A DNA stretch of 61,759 nt, filler included, from Choristocarpus tenellus KU-1152 (GCA_964200185.2; 7 parts of 7 records of this genome joined end to end with filler, not necessarily neighbours in it), one strand, 5' to 3'. Shown: positions 39,101 to 53,181, counted from the first letter of the whole stretch. The notes: a model not told the origin generated them from the letters alone. Numbers and translations are program-made.

Positions 39101-42100
39101 TCTACTCAGTACCTATACACACACATGCATGTGGTATCCTCTGCAAATGTCAAGAAAGCAACACAGCAATGTAGAAAGTCCACCTCGATGTCATGCAAAT
39201 AGTATTGTTTAAAGTACAAACATTCAATACCTACACTATTCCCAACATAGGGAAGAATACCCCCTACTCCACATAAGTTGGTTTCCCATAACTTCAGGCA
39301 GTGGATGGCAATACTATATCTTCATCATTTCCCCTACTATGCTCAGCTGCTCTTGTTTTGGTAGCAATACACAGGTCAGGACTTGGGTCATCCATTTATT
39401 CTTCTGTTTCACTGTTGCAAATTGTTGCTCCATCCTCTTCCTCTTGCGTTGAAGCTCCCTCTGTTCTTCATTGTCCAGTGCGAAGCTGTTCGCCACTATG
39501 AGTGAAGAAGGTGGCCTCAGTATATTCTCTTAGTCTATGGTACACTCAATGTAATGCTCTGTGGCTTAAGGCAAAGCTCTGGCATGAGACGAGAGGTGCA
39601 AGCATATGCATCAAGGTCTGTAAATGGTGCCAGTAAAGAGTATTATTACAAATCAAGCACCCCCTAAACTCGTCCCATATCAAACTTCGCCCCACTATTG
39701 ACATGCCTGGGGACGTATGTATTTTTTCATGGAGGGTATCAAGAGTTGATCGAGCCTGTGGGGGTCAAGAAGGATGTGCAGGAGTGGGTGGGTTATGTCA
39801 GTCTGTGCGCCCGTGAAAGTTCATCCCTGAGGTGGACTTCTACGAGAGGTTTTCTCCATCTTGAGCGTTCTATTCCTTGGGAAGGTGGACATTGATCAAG
39901 TCTACGCCATGACTTGTGGGTGCTTGCGGCATTGAGAAGAAATGTGTGCAGAGGTGGAGAAAGTTACTATTTTGTGTAGTTCATGAAGTACTTTTATGTA
40001 CTATTCTCATGTATGTAGTACTACCAAGCACCTTGGAACACAACAGATATTATAATATTACACTATTTTGTGGCTCAAATGATCGTGTGTCATTCTTTCA
40101 GTAGATTCCTTTTTGTCAATTGTTTTATTTTTGATGGAAAGGGAGAATGAGCAATCTTTGATCTTACCCAGATCCAGACTATCACCCCTCATTAAGGGCA
40201 CACTGCTGCAAGTGTAGGTGCCCTAAGCACCATATCACNNNNNNNNNNNNNNNNNNNNNNNNNNNNNNNNNNNNNNNNNNNNTTAATTAATTAANNNNNN
40301 NNNNNNNNNNNNNNNNNNNNNNNNNNNNNNNNNNNNNNGGGGGGTGGCGTGGTGGGGGGGGGGGGGTGGGGGGGGTGGGGGGGGGGGGGGGGGGGGGGGG
40401 GGGTAGTGCAGGTAGTCTAGTTTATTTTGGAGCTCGATGAGGTGTTAAACACACCAGTTTGATGCCCGTTTTGTGGGTGGTTTTCTGTTGGATTTGAACT
40501 GGGTTGGTGGATGGAAAAGGAAGGTGTATCCAGATAAAGGAAATACGCTTACATCTGATGTGATTACTCCAGTGACATGAAAACTACTACAGGGTAACAA
40601 AGGCCTTGAAGGGATGCATACCCCCTTCTGTAGGATACTATGGGCCTCAATTATCTTTGACAACATTAAAGAGGGCCGTTTTGCTCTACGGCATACAGTA
40701 CCAGTTACCACTATGGCGGCAGTGTTTCGGGGCAGTTGGCTATTGTGTCTGTTTTACATGATGCATGCATTCGTTGTTTAACCTATAGTATTTGTTGTCT
40801 AGAATGATAGTTCTTTTTTCAGAGCTGGTTGCTCTTTTTTTTATGTTCAATTTTCTGCAAATCTGTCATTTACTTATTACGATGTTTTCACACATCAACA
40901 GTTTGATAATCTAAAGCTGAGAAAGCATTAAATGGAAGAGACTTGTTGGCAGAAGGAACAAGAATATGCGTAATTTTCGTAAACACACACTGCATTCATT
41001 CGTGTCCTTCGTTCAGTAAACTTTGGAACCCATTTATTTGCTCTGCTATCTCTGTTGTTCGGGACAAACCTTGGGGCGACTTCCTCAGTGACATCTGTTG
41101 TCCAGGGTAGAAACTCTCCCTTGTAACCTTTTGATCTATATTGCTCAGTGTCTGGACAGTAGTGGTTTGTGGTGTGTAATGGACAATGTAAGAACGTGAA
41201 GGAGGTGTCATGTGAGTGTTATCTTTTTTGAGGTGCAGCTTGTGTGTTGTCTATGCCTACTACTTGTTCATCATACCGCGTAGTAGTTAGTGATACTACA
41301 GCATGATTATCGTAGCTCTTCTGTCATTATTTTCATGTTGTATTCACAGTAATATACTATTTATACTTCAAAATCTTCGGGTTTTCCCGGTCGGTATGCT
41401 ATAATTACAATAGCAACGATAATTGAACTCTGTAGGAATCTATCTTGTGGTAGTGCTTCTGTTTCACATTATTATCCAGCTCTCTACAACAAAGAAATAT
41501 GTTAGGTGATGGGTCTGTGGTTGGGATTCTCGATGGATCGGTGGACAGACAAGGATGTTTTACTGATCTTTGACTGCTAGGGATGCCTTCTCGTATGTGG
41601 AAGCTCCTATGCATACATACATGCTGTATCCACATATTATGATGCTGCCCACTCCACCAGTCTATACACCAACACCAGACACCAAGACGGTAAACCAATG
41701 TAAACCTGCAACCTGTAAGCCTCAGTGTCACGAGGGACAACAGTTTCTACAATCTTTTTACTGCATCATTGGTGTGAAACGGCGTGTATAAAAATATTCT
41801 GTCACCAATATTGTTCACAGTAGTGGTAGCCAAGGAAATCAGACAAGGCAAAAGCTTGCTAGCAGGCAGTCAAGAGTCAACGTAGCCATTGCTTGACACC
41901 TTTTGCTGGTCTTCAACAACAGTCCGGTGAGTTGAACGCGAGTCCTTAGACCAATCAAGTTGTTACTCGCCTTGTATGTTTACTTTTTAATATAATTCTA
42001 GTGTATGTCAACCCTGAAATAGATTCCACCGCTCCTGGTGCTACTACCGCTGCTGCTGCTTGCTACTTTGAAGGTAACTGTGTCTAATTGTTTTCGACCA

Positions 42101-42807
42101 TAATATCGTGTCTCTCATCCCTGTGACAAATCTCGCTCAAGTTCTGACCGAGGCAAATAAATATATGTGCATGGTGTGTATCGTGGCCGTAGACAAACCT
42201 ACATAGTACATAGTCACTGTTCTTCATTTGACGATATACGTATCCTATTAGTAGTATTATGTAGTACTATTCTTACAGTGTACCATACATGTGTAAGTAA
42301 GTGCAGATTCAATTGTGTCTATTATTTGATGTATGCTGGCTAGTCATTGTCTTGAACAACCCAGAGGGTAAATAATTGTATCCACTCCCTCTACGTGAAG
42401 AAATATGATTGCTTTAAGTTTTTTTTTTTCTGATGAACAATTGTTTACAGTAGAGGGGTCTCAATAGACCTGTTACGTGTTGAGCAATAAGTTGAATTTT
42501 TGTGCTGCCTCACACCACTACAAGTATTATTGCATTTATTTCAACCACCGTGTGTTGAGCCATGTTGTTGGTAGGGACTACAGATATCTTGTGTACCGTA
42601 CTTTCTGCGTACCAGATAGTTTATATCTGCCTATCTGTGCCGCATTCTGAGAGGAGCTTATGGCGGCATGTACGATACGGTTCACAATCACTACCGCTAC
42701 ATTTTAATACAATGTACCTTATATTGTCGTAACGTTCGCCGGTTTCACGCGTATTTCTGCGAGTGGTGGGAAAGACCATCTAAACCGAAGGAAAGCACAA
42801 CTAACAC

Positions 42808-45800
42808 ATGATGGACGAAGCAGATGACCTCGCTAATGGAGGAGTGGGGGTGACGCAAGGAAGGCGTGGATATCGGACAATCCAATCAGATGGCACTTTC
42901 ATTCTACCCCGGCACGCCTTTGGAGTGGAGGGTCCCATCCAGGACAACGTGGCTTTCGTTGCGATACCAGACCCGGACACGGAAGGGGGTGGGCTGATGC
43001 TCGAATATCTAGTGCACCCAGTGGGGCAGCAGGTGCGGTGACATTTAGTGCATGGAGATTCGCCTTTTGAGTTGTACAAGGGTAGGCCACACCTCTATAT
43101 TCTTCTGAACTTGCGATGTTGATATGTTGAAAACGATAGGCCACACCTCCATGTTTTCGAAACTCGATATGTTGATATGTTGTCAGAAATTTTATATATT
43201 ATGCAACAGGATTGAGGCCCTCTAGCCCGCCGTTGTCTACCACAATGGATGTGAAAACGATACCTCATACCCGCACCATTTTCTGGTATAGACCCCCTTC
43301 ATCCACTTGATACTTATCTCTTAAATCCATCATCTCTAGGCCATTTTTCAGCACACGTTGCCACGATTTCTTTCCTGCGGTACCCTTCGCTACTTACACT
43401 CTATATCCATGCCAGCGTCATTCCTAGTCAACTTATCACCCATAAAACCGCACTATGTGCAGATTGCCCTGTACCGTGTCGATGATGGGAGCATGAAATT
43501 CCTTCAGGGAAGGCAGAAGAATGTGAGAGAGATTCTGGCACTTTCGGTGTCTCCAAATAAGAGGGTCATCGCAGTCTGTGAAAAGGGGCGACAACCAGGC
43601 GAAGATCCAGGGAGTGCACAGGTGATGGATGGGCATTCAGGGGCATTGGGGCACTTGGTTTGACTGAAATGTGGTACCCTCGAAGTTTTGACAACTCTGA
43701 TGGTTCCCAGTTCACCTCACCAGAAGAACCCCTCCTTGATAAGAGAGATAAATTTGATTGTACCTGTGGGTCAGAGTATCTGGGGGGGATGGCGACTGTC
43801 CATTTGGGGCCAAATTTTTCATGTCTCGATTTTTGGGCGATTTGGTTCCATACGTTGGATGGATAATGAAAGTGCACTTTTCCTGGTTTTGGTCCAAAAT
43901 GGACACTCTGGTGTAGACCCCTCCCCCCCCCAGATACTTTGGGTCTGTAGTCAAGTGCAGTGGCACCCTTTTGATTTCAATTAAACACGAAAGTGAAACA
44001 CTTGTTTCCTTCCTCCACAACGTTTCTTCCTCTGCCATGTTTATTCCATTTGTCGCTCTTTCTGCTCTACAACCTCTGACAACAGGTTTGAGAAGACGAA
44101 AGCAAGAATAAGTAATGTGTAAAGTAATTAAGGTTTTGTTCCAACGACTCGATATGGATGACTGCCAAACTTCACAAGATTATCCCCTGTGCTCGATATT
44201 ACTCCCCCCTTGCAAAGAGTTCTTCCACTAAACACATGTAACTGCATCCAAACTATTGTGATTGGAAAAGACTTTGGAGTATGGAAGAAGAGGACTACGA
44301 TGCCCACCACCACCTGTTGAAAACGCCCAACCCCCTGACCGAATTATGACCGGCAGATACAGACTTCATTCAAGGCCATGTAGTAGATACATTCCCAGAC
44401 CCGCTCTTGTCACAATGTACACTTCCCGTCAATGGTGTGGGGACTGTCTTCTCAAACAGGTCCATTTGTGCTAAATTGGATGACTGGTGATGGCCCAGTC
44501 GTGATCGTGGACTATTCTTTCCTAACCCCATTCTGCATTACACCCACTGCTCCTTAGGTTTCGGTCTACCATGTGGCTAGCTTCAAGCGTATCCGAACAA
44601 TGCTGTTCCCTGGGCGGGCGGACTTTTTGACTTGCTGTTTCTCAGGCGACAATAAATGGCTGCTGACGATAGGGGGGGAGCCGGAGTGTGTTCTTGTTAT
44701 GTGGAACTGGGAGAAGGAGAAGGTGACAACACAAATGTATGTACAACCCCTGAGGGCCGCGGGACAACATCTTGGTTCTCTTCATTTTTGAGTCACCAGA
44801 AAATGATATACCCGCTCTGTTTGGTGATGTGGCCCTAGAAACACTAATGATTGGTACTGCTCCACACACGGAGCATTGCTTCTATCCTCTTGCATGATGT
44901 ATGTTGCGACATCTATACAAGCTGTGAAGGAAAACAAATCCACCAAAAAGTAGAGGGTTCAACCCAAACAATTGTGCTAAGCAACATACAACTTAGGGGA
45001 GTACACTCTGAACTGCCAGCAGGTTTACTGAGAATTTGCGTATTTGACCAACACGGTTGGTTGAAACACTGTTCTTTCAACACCTAAAACAGGTCGTGCA
45101 AAAATTCAGTCCTCCTGTTGACCTTTGTGGGGTTATTACCCTACGCTGCTAGTCCCTTTGCACAATAGGTTTACATGGAAATCTCCAGCTACGAAAATTT
45201 AAATGGTGCTAACGAATCACAAACCTGCACGTTTTGATCATGCGCAAGAGCCAAAGTATCTTAGAGGTTAGACCCTTGTCCATATGGGGGCCAAAATCCA
45301 TTGTTGCGATTTTGATGTAAATTTGGCTATAGTGTTTGTTAAGAAGTGTCAATATCCTTGTTCGGGACAACCTTTTCATAATGTACACATTTTACCTGCT
45401 CCAAAACAGTTTGGATTAGGTAAAATGTCATCAGGAACCCGTAGGAAACGAAACCCAAACGGGCAAACAGGGCAAAACTCGTACCCTCTAAGATACTTTC
45501 ACTCACAAATAACAGTCCTGTCTGACCTGTGCCTAAATATTTGGTGTTGTGTAAGAACGAAGTACGATGCTGCTAATTATCCTATAGAACGGCAGTGTTG
45601 CCATGAATAGTACTGCTCACTGGTGTTCTTTTGACTGCCCCAATCTTGAGGGTTGGTGGATAGATGAAGCAGTCGATGGAGCAGAGAATTACTTGTGACA
45701 ACACAACGATTTTTGCGGAATAACCCAACTCACATATTCGGGAGTGGGCAGGTAAACTCAACAATTTCTTTTGCATCACAATTGGTCCCATGCCTCAAGA

Positions 45801-48800
45801 ATAAAATTGGTATTGCCATGTTCGGGTGTCGATCTCTCCTGCTCTTCCCTAATCATTTCAGGTGATGAGCACGGCACAGGTTCATGGGATGGCCACCCGT
45901 GCTGTATTCAATCCCCACAAGCATTCGTGCTTTACTACGAGTGGACCTATGCATCTTAGGCTGTGGAGTACGTCATCAGAAAGTGTGTTTAAGCCTCACT
46001 CTCTTCTCCCACAGAGCCAAGAGCAGGTAGAGTTTCAGCAAGTGGTTACTTGGCCCACAAAGAAGAGAGATAGATAGATAGATAGATAGAGAGAGAGATG
46101 CAAGTCCTTGATATCAGATCATGCTTCTGTGATACTTCAGACTAGTGTTTGCTGAATACGTTTCCTTCCTGCTGTAAGTAGTTGACTCACATAGGTTACA
46201 ATATTGTGCTTGCCAAGAGAGAGGCATTCGCTCAGACCTTCCTATGCAGCATTTCATGAGGAACGAGGTTGAGTAGGAATAGAGCAGACAGGGTTTGCTG
46301 TAGAGCCTGCAGACAAACGGCGTGGTCATACACAGTGAATGCATTTGAGAATATACAAGTGAAGAGGTGCGTTAATATGAGTATACCTTCAATCGTCTCA
46401 GTTATACCTGAGAGGAATATAAGAGTAGTCACCCCTTCAATTTAGACTCCCCAACCTTGTCTCACCAAGTGAGCAAGATTCTTGGAAGGCCAAAGGCTAC
46501 CTAAAAGCGCAGAAGGTGGCACGAATTGTGTACTATTTCGCCCTTCTGTACCAGCTGGAGGATCAACCAACCTTCAAATTCTGAATACTCATGACTTTTA
46601 TCCACCTTTCTCTCTCCCAAATCGCTCCCTCTCTCAGCTCTCTCTCGATCTCTCCCCATATGCAGGACAATTTTGTTGACCACACATGGATAAGAGGCAG
46701 AAGTGGACAGCCCACACGAATGGCTGCAATCACTGACGGGGAAGGTGTATTGGGACAGAGGTGATCGTTACTCAGAACCAAAGTATCTGGGGGAGGGGGG
46801 GAGTCTGCGCCAGGGTGTTTATTTGGACCATAAGCAGGAAAAGTGCACTTACATTATCCATCCAACGTATGCAACCAAATAACCAAAAATCACAAGATGA
46901 AAATATTGGTCCCAAATGGACAACCGCCACCCCCTCCCAGATAATATGAGCCTCAGTGTCCAGTGCCTCGCCTACCAACCTAGCATTTCTGCCCCCCAGA
47001 TTTCCACCAAACCTCTGCTCGCATCCCCCTGTTTTGCCCTCCCTCTTGTGTCACTCGTTAGCCATGCTGCTCTACTTTGTTTTTCCTTGCTTCGTCCAAT
47101 CCTCGGAAACTTCTCAGCTTTCCGTTTATATATTGTGTCTTGAATTTGAGGTTACCACGGGATGGGGCGTTGTTGGGGGGTGTTGAATGTACTCGTCCTC
47201 ACTCTTCCCTTACACTAAGATCATAGAGGAGGAGGGGAGCTTGTCCCGCCAGTTGTGGTGAAAAAAAAACAGACCCAAAGGCATTAAAGAGAGTGGGAGT
47301 TTTGCCCTGTTTGTCGGTTTGGGACTTGGCTTCCCACAGGTTTTATTATGCCCCTTTTCGGTTTTCTGTGTGAACACAGTTTCCTAAAGTGTATACGACT
47401 ATGAAAGGTGTGTCTGGAGGAAGGATATTGGCACTTGCTAAAAAACATGATAGCCAAAATTACATGAAAATCGAAACATGGGATTTTGGACCCCGAACTG
47501 ACGCGGCCCTACCCTCTTAGATGATTTGACTCAACACAAACACACACGCACACACATTTATGTTTAGTAGAGCATTAGCGGGGCAGTGACAGAAGAGTTC
47601 TCAACTGCTGGTCTGGCAGACATATTATTTCGTGCTGGGGAGTAGATGGCAATGACTGCTACCATATTACTCCTAACCAAAGGCATTGAGGAGGGGGAGA
47701 GGACAATGCTGGTCTTTATAAATTTCTTATTACGCCAAATATTTTTAGTTCCAAAATATGAGGGTGCACCTGTTTGCATTAGTAGTTCCAGGACCCTGGC
47801 ATCCAAGCCCTTCCACCAGTAATTGACTTCTTCCATAATAGGATGCTGTTCAGGGAGGTGGGGGCCTGCTGTGCCATAGTCTGTCTCTCCCACCCCCTTC
47901 AGGTTGTAGGGGTGCTCAATCCAGCCCTTCCATTTCGATTCCTGTATATATATTTGAAAGTTGTGATGAAATTACACGATGCTGAGACCGTTAATGACAG
48001 GAAACAATCTCGTCAGTGGGTGAGGGTAGGGTGAGGTTTCATGCTCTCTTGTTCAAAGTCACCTGCAGTGAGCTATTCGCAGCACAAAGCGTGGGAAAAA
48101 AAGGCCGAAACCATTGACTGTGACGGGTTTTTTTCACAAAATACGTGCACACACATCCACACCTTCCTCAAAACATTGTCTGTGGTGCTGAACAGTCCCT
48201 GGCATACCCGTTCCACATGTGTGTCACCTGTGGGGGGGGGTCCAACTTTTGGTCCACAGCAGCATGCACGCCCATCGTGGGGCATCAGTGTTGATATTCG
48301 ACTCAACTGATGTTCATCCATTCCTGGAGGTGAAACAGACAATACAGGTCGAGCTCCCAGGTTCCTGCCGCCTGGAGACTCTTGTGACCTTCTCTAAGGG
48401 CTTCATTGTTGCCGGGGGGGGTGTCAATGGCTTCTTAAGTGTGTACGAAAATATGGTGAGAGTCGGGTTTCGTGGGAAAGAGGGGTGGGCAAAAGGGAGG
48501 TGGGGTCTTAGAGGGCACTCGAAATTGGGCCAAGAGCAATTTTCTTGACCTGTGAGCGTAGTATATGTGTGTCTTCCCTTTAAAAAAAAAAAGTGTATTA
48601 ATAGTGTGGAATAGTAGGCAGTACAGAAAAAAATGAAGAATTCAGATCTGTTTTGCAAGGGAAGGAGTCTTGGCTTTGAGATTTCTTTTGTGTCGAAGGC
48701 CATTAAGGCTAGAACCCCCCCTGAATAAGGTCTGTGAAGAATAAGGTCTGTGTGCTTTAATGTCTCCGGGTCCCAAAGGATTGGTCTCAGTTAGTCCATC

Positions 48801-49976
48801 TGTGGTCAACTGAACATAATTTCGACTTGCAACCTTGCTTGAATACCACGACGAAAAAGATACCACTGCTATCTCCGCCCCGGCTGCAACATCTAAGGCC
48901 ATCACCATCTGACTTTACTTCCTTCATCTTCGCCTATTATAATTGCTCAGATGTGATGTGAACAGTCAACGACACCTTGTCCCTCCTTACATTTGCCATC
49001 CACTCCACATGCTCCCAGGGATGATAACCTACCCTTGAAAACCGCCTACCTGCTGAACAGAACAACAACATAAGTTTGGGCCTTCCATAGTAGTACAAAA
49101 CAATAGGTAGACTGAAGTCGTTCTTTTTTCACACTTAATACACCCCCATCTTGTCGCCTCTGACCAAAACCACGCCACTACTTTCACAAATTATACACCT
49201 TCAGGATGATCAAAGGGATCCCTACATGCTAATCAAGAACTTCACCGCCAAAGGGTCTGCCCTGGGGGGACTGGCAGTGAACCGAAACAGTGAGATGGTG
49301 TATGCTTATTCCAAGACTAATGAGCTCCTGGTGAGCAAGTAAGAAGGTCGTATCATGATGTGTCTGGCAGGGTATGGGTGGGGTGATTATTATTGTAGGT
49401 GAGCTATCAGCACCTCCCTGTAAATCGTTCCTGGCGATATTGCCTCTTTTTCCTGGGCCTCCCTCCACTCTTGGATGAAGTGAGAGCAGTTCTTGCTTGT
49501 ACTTGCACCCCCGGTGACGTGAAAAATATATAAAAAAGAAAGAAATGAAAGCGTATCACTTGCGTTCAGAAACGCACGTTCAATCGGCGCGTCAGCGACA
49601 GGGGAGGACATCCTTCTTTTTTTTTCAAAGTTCTACATCCTAACAAAGTTCTTCACGCAGTAGTCCTCCGTTTTCGAATTGGTTTCCTTTTTTCTAACCC
49701 CCCTACCTTCTGTGCAACCATCCACAGACGTTCAACCTGGGCAATGTCGACGTACTCGATGAAGGGGAAAATCACTTCCATATGCTTCTCCCCGGGGGCA
49801 ACCATGTGGGAGCAGTGGTGGACATGTCGGCTTGCATGATGAAGCCGGTGGTTGCAACAGTGGGAGCAGACCGCAGCCTCCGCGTGTGGAACTTCCTCAA
49901 GTGGAAGTGTGACGTGGTGCATGACTTCCGGGTGGAGGATCCCACCTGTGTTAGTCTTCATCCCACTGGATTTCAG
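42808..49976 (+). CDS. CFAP57: Cilia- and flagella-associated protein 57 (WDR65), 5' eight exons; continues into gap
   Basis: Exons 42808-43032, 43463-43621, 44558-44722, 45862-46026, 46666-46760, 48260-48455, 49205-49330, 49728-49976, phase-consistent. Recognisable motifs PRHAFG, ALSVSPNKRVIAVCE, FSGDNKWLL...LVMWNWEKEKV, FSKGF, HVGAVVDMSACMMKPVVATVGADRSLRVWNF, VSLHPTGFQ. Confidence 0.92.
43768..43945. mobile_element. MITE family B copy, intronic
   Basis: GGGTCAGAGTATCTGGGGGGG ... CCCCCCCCAGATACTTTGGGTC; flanked by TGT/TGT. Confidence 0.88.
45248..45504. mobile_element. MITE family A copy, intronic
   Basis: TIRs present; flanks GCAA/ACAA (3 of 4 match). Confidence 0.88.
46775..46952. mobile_element. 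MITE family B copy (inverted), 14 nt after a donor
   Basis: Reverse-complement homologue of 43768-43945; flanked by TCA/TCA. Confidence 0.88.
47272..47532. mobile_element. MITE family A copy, diverged, TSD AACA
   Basis: Full-length but mismatch-rich homology; AACA at 47268-71 and 47533-36. Confidence 0.8.
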
Positions 49977-50328
49977 GTGGGGTTGGTGCACCATGGGCGA
50001 ATGATGGGATCAACAGATGGGTGGGAGGGAGGGTGAGGGAGTGGATGGGAGAGTGGGGAGGTGTGTGTGTGGGGGATGGAGACTCCCTCGCAGTTGTACG
50101 AGAATGGGCCTTCTTTTCTAAAAGTCTCAGGAATCTGAACTGCAAGATGTTGTTGAGGTTTGTTAAAAGTAAATTAGCGGCTATTCCTTCCCCCCATACT
50201 GTGGTGGGCACACTTGTTGAACATTTAAAATAGACTGTGGCTACACCTGTCTTACGCTCTGAGTACTTGGTATGTAATTTGCATCCGTGGGTTATACTGT
50301 AGGCACTGAACGGATATGGGGGCACATC

Positions 50329-50404
50329 ACTCTTAAGTATCTGGGGGGGGGAGGGGGGGGGGGGCTCTACACCAGGTTGTCCATTTGTGCCATGACTAGG
50401 AAAA
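50329..50404. mobile_element. MITE family B partial copy at contig end
   Basis: AAGTATCT+G-run+CTCTACACCAGGTTGTCCATTTG. Confidence 0.75.
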
Positions 50405-52363
50405 NNNNNNNNNNNNNNNNNNNNNNNNNNNNNNNNNNNNNNNNNNNNTTAATTAATTAANNNNNNNNNNNNNNNNNNNNNNNNNNNNNNNNNNNNNNNN
50501 NNNNTTTTTTATGAGAGTGTGAGGGGGGGGGGGGAGGGGGGGAGGTTCTCTTAAAACAGACAGGTATTCGTGCAAGAGTCACGGCTCGGGTTCATATCAA
50601 TCATACCAAGGTGCAAAATGCGTTTTCTTTTTTGAGGAGCTTTTTCTTCTAACCCTTTGAACATTTGTTTTTGGTTGGTTTGCTCTGTGTGTCTTGAGGT
50701 CGCTTTCAAGAAGATTACTGGCATTTTTTCCTTTTTTCCAGTTGTGTTCTGTAGATTAAAAAATATCAGTGCCAAAGTACTGAAACTGTAGCTCTGAGCC
50801 CCTCTGGGCTGCTCTGTAGCGACCTGACCTGTGGTGTCGGTGTCGGTGTCACACCACTCGGTGCTCTGTAGCTCGCGGCATGAGCTCTGGGTGTTAAGAT
50901 TCGAACAAGATTTTTTATTTGTTGTGGTGGTTGTAATGTCATCTCAACGGGGGGACTGTTTGAATAGGTTGAAATGCTTTGGCAAGGACTAGGGGATCAA
51001 TCGCGCCAGCATGTTGAAGTGCTGTAGCCAAGTAAATGTCGCTGTCAGATTGATCTTCAGAATTTATTTATTTTTTGAAAACTCTGTCCAGAAAGTCTCC
51101 ACCAAACTAAACTACTTTGTTCTGTGAAAAGTTTGGATCTTCCCTGTGACGACGGCAGTACATTCCGGTTTTAAAATATATACATATATATATATATATA
51201 TGGGAATTTGGAACATTTTTCTAACACGTATGTGGTTGATCTCCAAACAGTGTTTTGGGTAGGGTTAGGGTTAGGGTTAGGGCTTAGTGTGTGTGGCACA
51301 GTATGACCGCCTGAGAGGCTATTGGCGGTGTGTGTGTTGAATTTGATATTCTGTCAGTGGTGTGTGTTGTAAGGTAATGCCGTTGTGTCCACTGGGGAGT
51401 TTGTAATCTCTTCTACACTCTGATCTATGACTCAAAGTGGAAGGCTCCTATATTGTGCTCCTCTTTTGTGAGTTCAAGACTTGAGAGTTGAGAGTCGAAG
51501 TGTGTGCAAAAGATTAAAAAAATAATAACAATAATAATAAACAGTCAATACATCGTGAAAACATTGGAAAGAAAAAAATATATAGTTTTGAGCTCAGGTT
51601 ACTTCCTAATTTGTACTGTGCTACTACTTTTTTTTTTTATCATTTTTGATACCGTCTAGGGTGGAATTCAGGAGAACAAAATATGTATCCTGAGATTCGT
51701 TTATTTTCGGAATTTTCATTGGGTCATGCAATTACCACGGTCATGGACTCTGTCATGTTTTATGTCATGTTTTATGTCTTGTTTTATGTCATGTTTTATG
51801 TCATGTTCGAACTTGGCTATATATGGCCGGCCAGTGACCCTGGTCATGTTGAGTAAGTGATGGCCATGGACTCGGCCATGTGAGAACGTTTTGTTTGTGG
51901 CTGGTCAGGTAATATTCTTTCAACGGTTGGGTCAACCACGTCATGGCCATGCCTCCTATTTTACATTTTATTGTATCCTAGATTTCAAATTTGTACTGCT
52001 GCGTGTACTAAATAAATATATTGCATGCAGTGATACTTCTACATGATGTTATATTTGGAAAACATTTAAATTTTATACTTAGTACAAGTACATTATTGGG
52101 TGTCTGAGGTGATTCGTGTGTGTGTGTTAATGTGTTAATGTTGCAACATTCACATTCGTGTAAGAGGTAGTGGACATGGACTGGTACAATACCTCACGTA
52201 TGACTTAAGTGTATGCTGTGGTAACAATACCTCACGTATAACTTAAGTGTATGCTGTGGTAACTTACCTCTTGATTCAAACACGCACAAGTTTCAATTCT
52301 AGTACACACACCTTTTTCTCCTCTTGACCTCCCCAACATATTATATTTATGTGTGATGTTCAG

Positions 52364-53064
52364 TCTGCATGATAGTGTGTACCAGGAGTTCAACGAGGTC
52401 TGGGACGGCATGGTTCGCAACGAAATCGGGGTGAGACCTAGATTAGTTGGACTGGCTCTTTTTTCTACGTGCGTGTTGGTGCATTTTAAGTATCACCGAC
52501 CCTAGCTGATGTGCAGTGTTTTTTGTGCAGGTACTTTTTTTTGGATTGAATTGAAGGCTTGAGGTTTTCAAGGGCACGCCTGGTGTCCCTCTGTGCAGAC
52601 TTACTTTTGTGATGAGTGTATGGTGAATGGCGTTGGAAGTCTTAGGGGATGAATGACCTTTGTACTGACATGATACTTAGGGTTAGTGAGGTGCTGGTAT
52701 CAAAGAGGTGTTGTGCAGTTGGTTAGATGTTCGGTGCCTCTTTCTCACCAATGCAGACAGACGTTTGTTTGTTTGTTTGCTTGCTTTTGCTGTGTTATGT
52801 CCTTTTTCGTCATGTCACGATACATCTTGTCCTGTCCTTTACTGTCCTTGATTGAACACACAAACACACACACACTTAAACTTACTGTTACAGTTACAGT
52901 TACAGTTACACCCCGTGCCATCACCGTGTGCACTTGCACCAAAGGTGTGGGAAAGGTTCAACAGGTACTGGCTATCAGTGGATGTCCCTGTTATGGTGGT
53001 TCGATACGAGGACCTTGTATGGCATGCACCCCACGTGTTGAAAAGGCTATTGTGCTTCTTAGAG
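52364..53064 (+). CDS. Sulfotransferase-domain protein, two internal exons
   Basis: Exons 52364-52430 and 52945-53064 splice to LHDSVYQEFNEVWDGMVRNEIG|VWERFNRYWLSVDVPVMVVRYEDLVWHAPHVLKRLLCFLE, matching the W..W...vvrYEDL...l..FL motif of PAPS-dependent sulfotransferases. Confidence 0.75.
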
Positions 53065-53086
53065 GTGGGTGGATCTTGTTTGGTTG

Positions 53087-53181
53087 GTCTGAAAGTATCT
53101 GGGGGTGGGGGGGGGGGGGGGTTTACCCCAGGTTGTCCTTTGGGGCCCGGACCGGGAAAAGGGCCTTTTAATCTCCCTCTG
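53087..53181. mobile_element. MITE family B partial copy, 22 nt after a donor, at contig end
   Basis: GAAAGTATCT+G-run+TTTACCCCAGGTTGTCCTTTGG. Confidence 0.7.

Noticed and set aside
43768-46952. MITEs acting as introners (creating introns)
   Set aside because: Element ends do not coincide with splice sites; they lie inside pre-existing introns.
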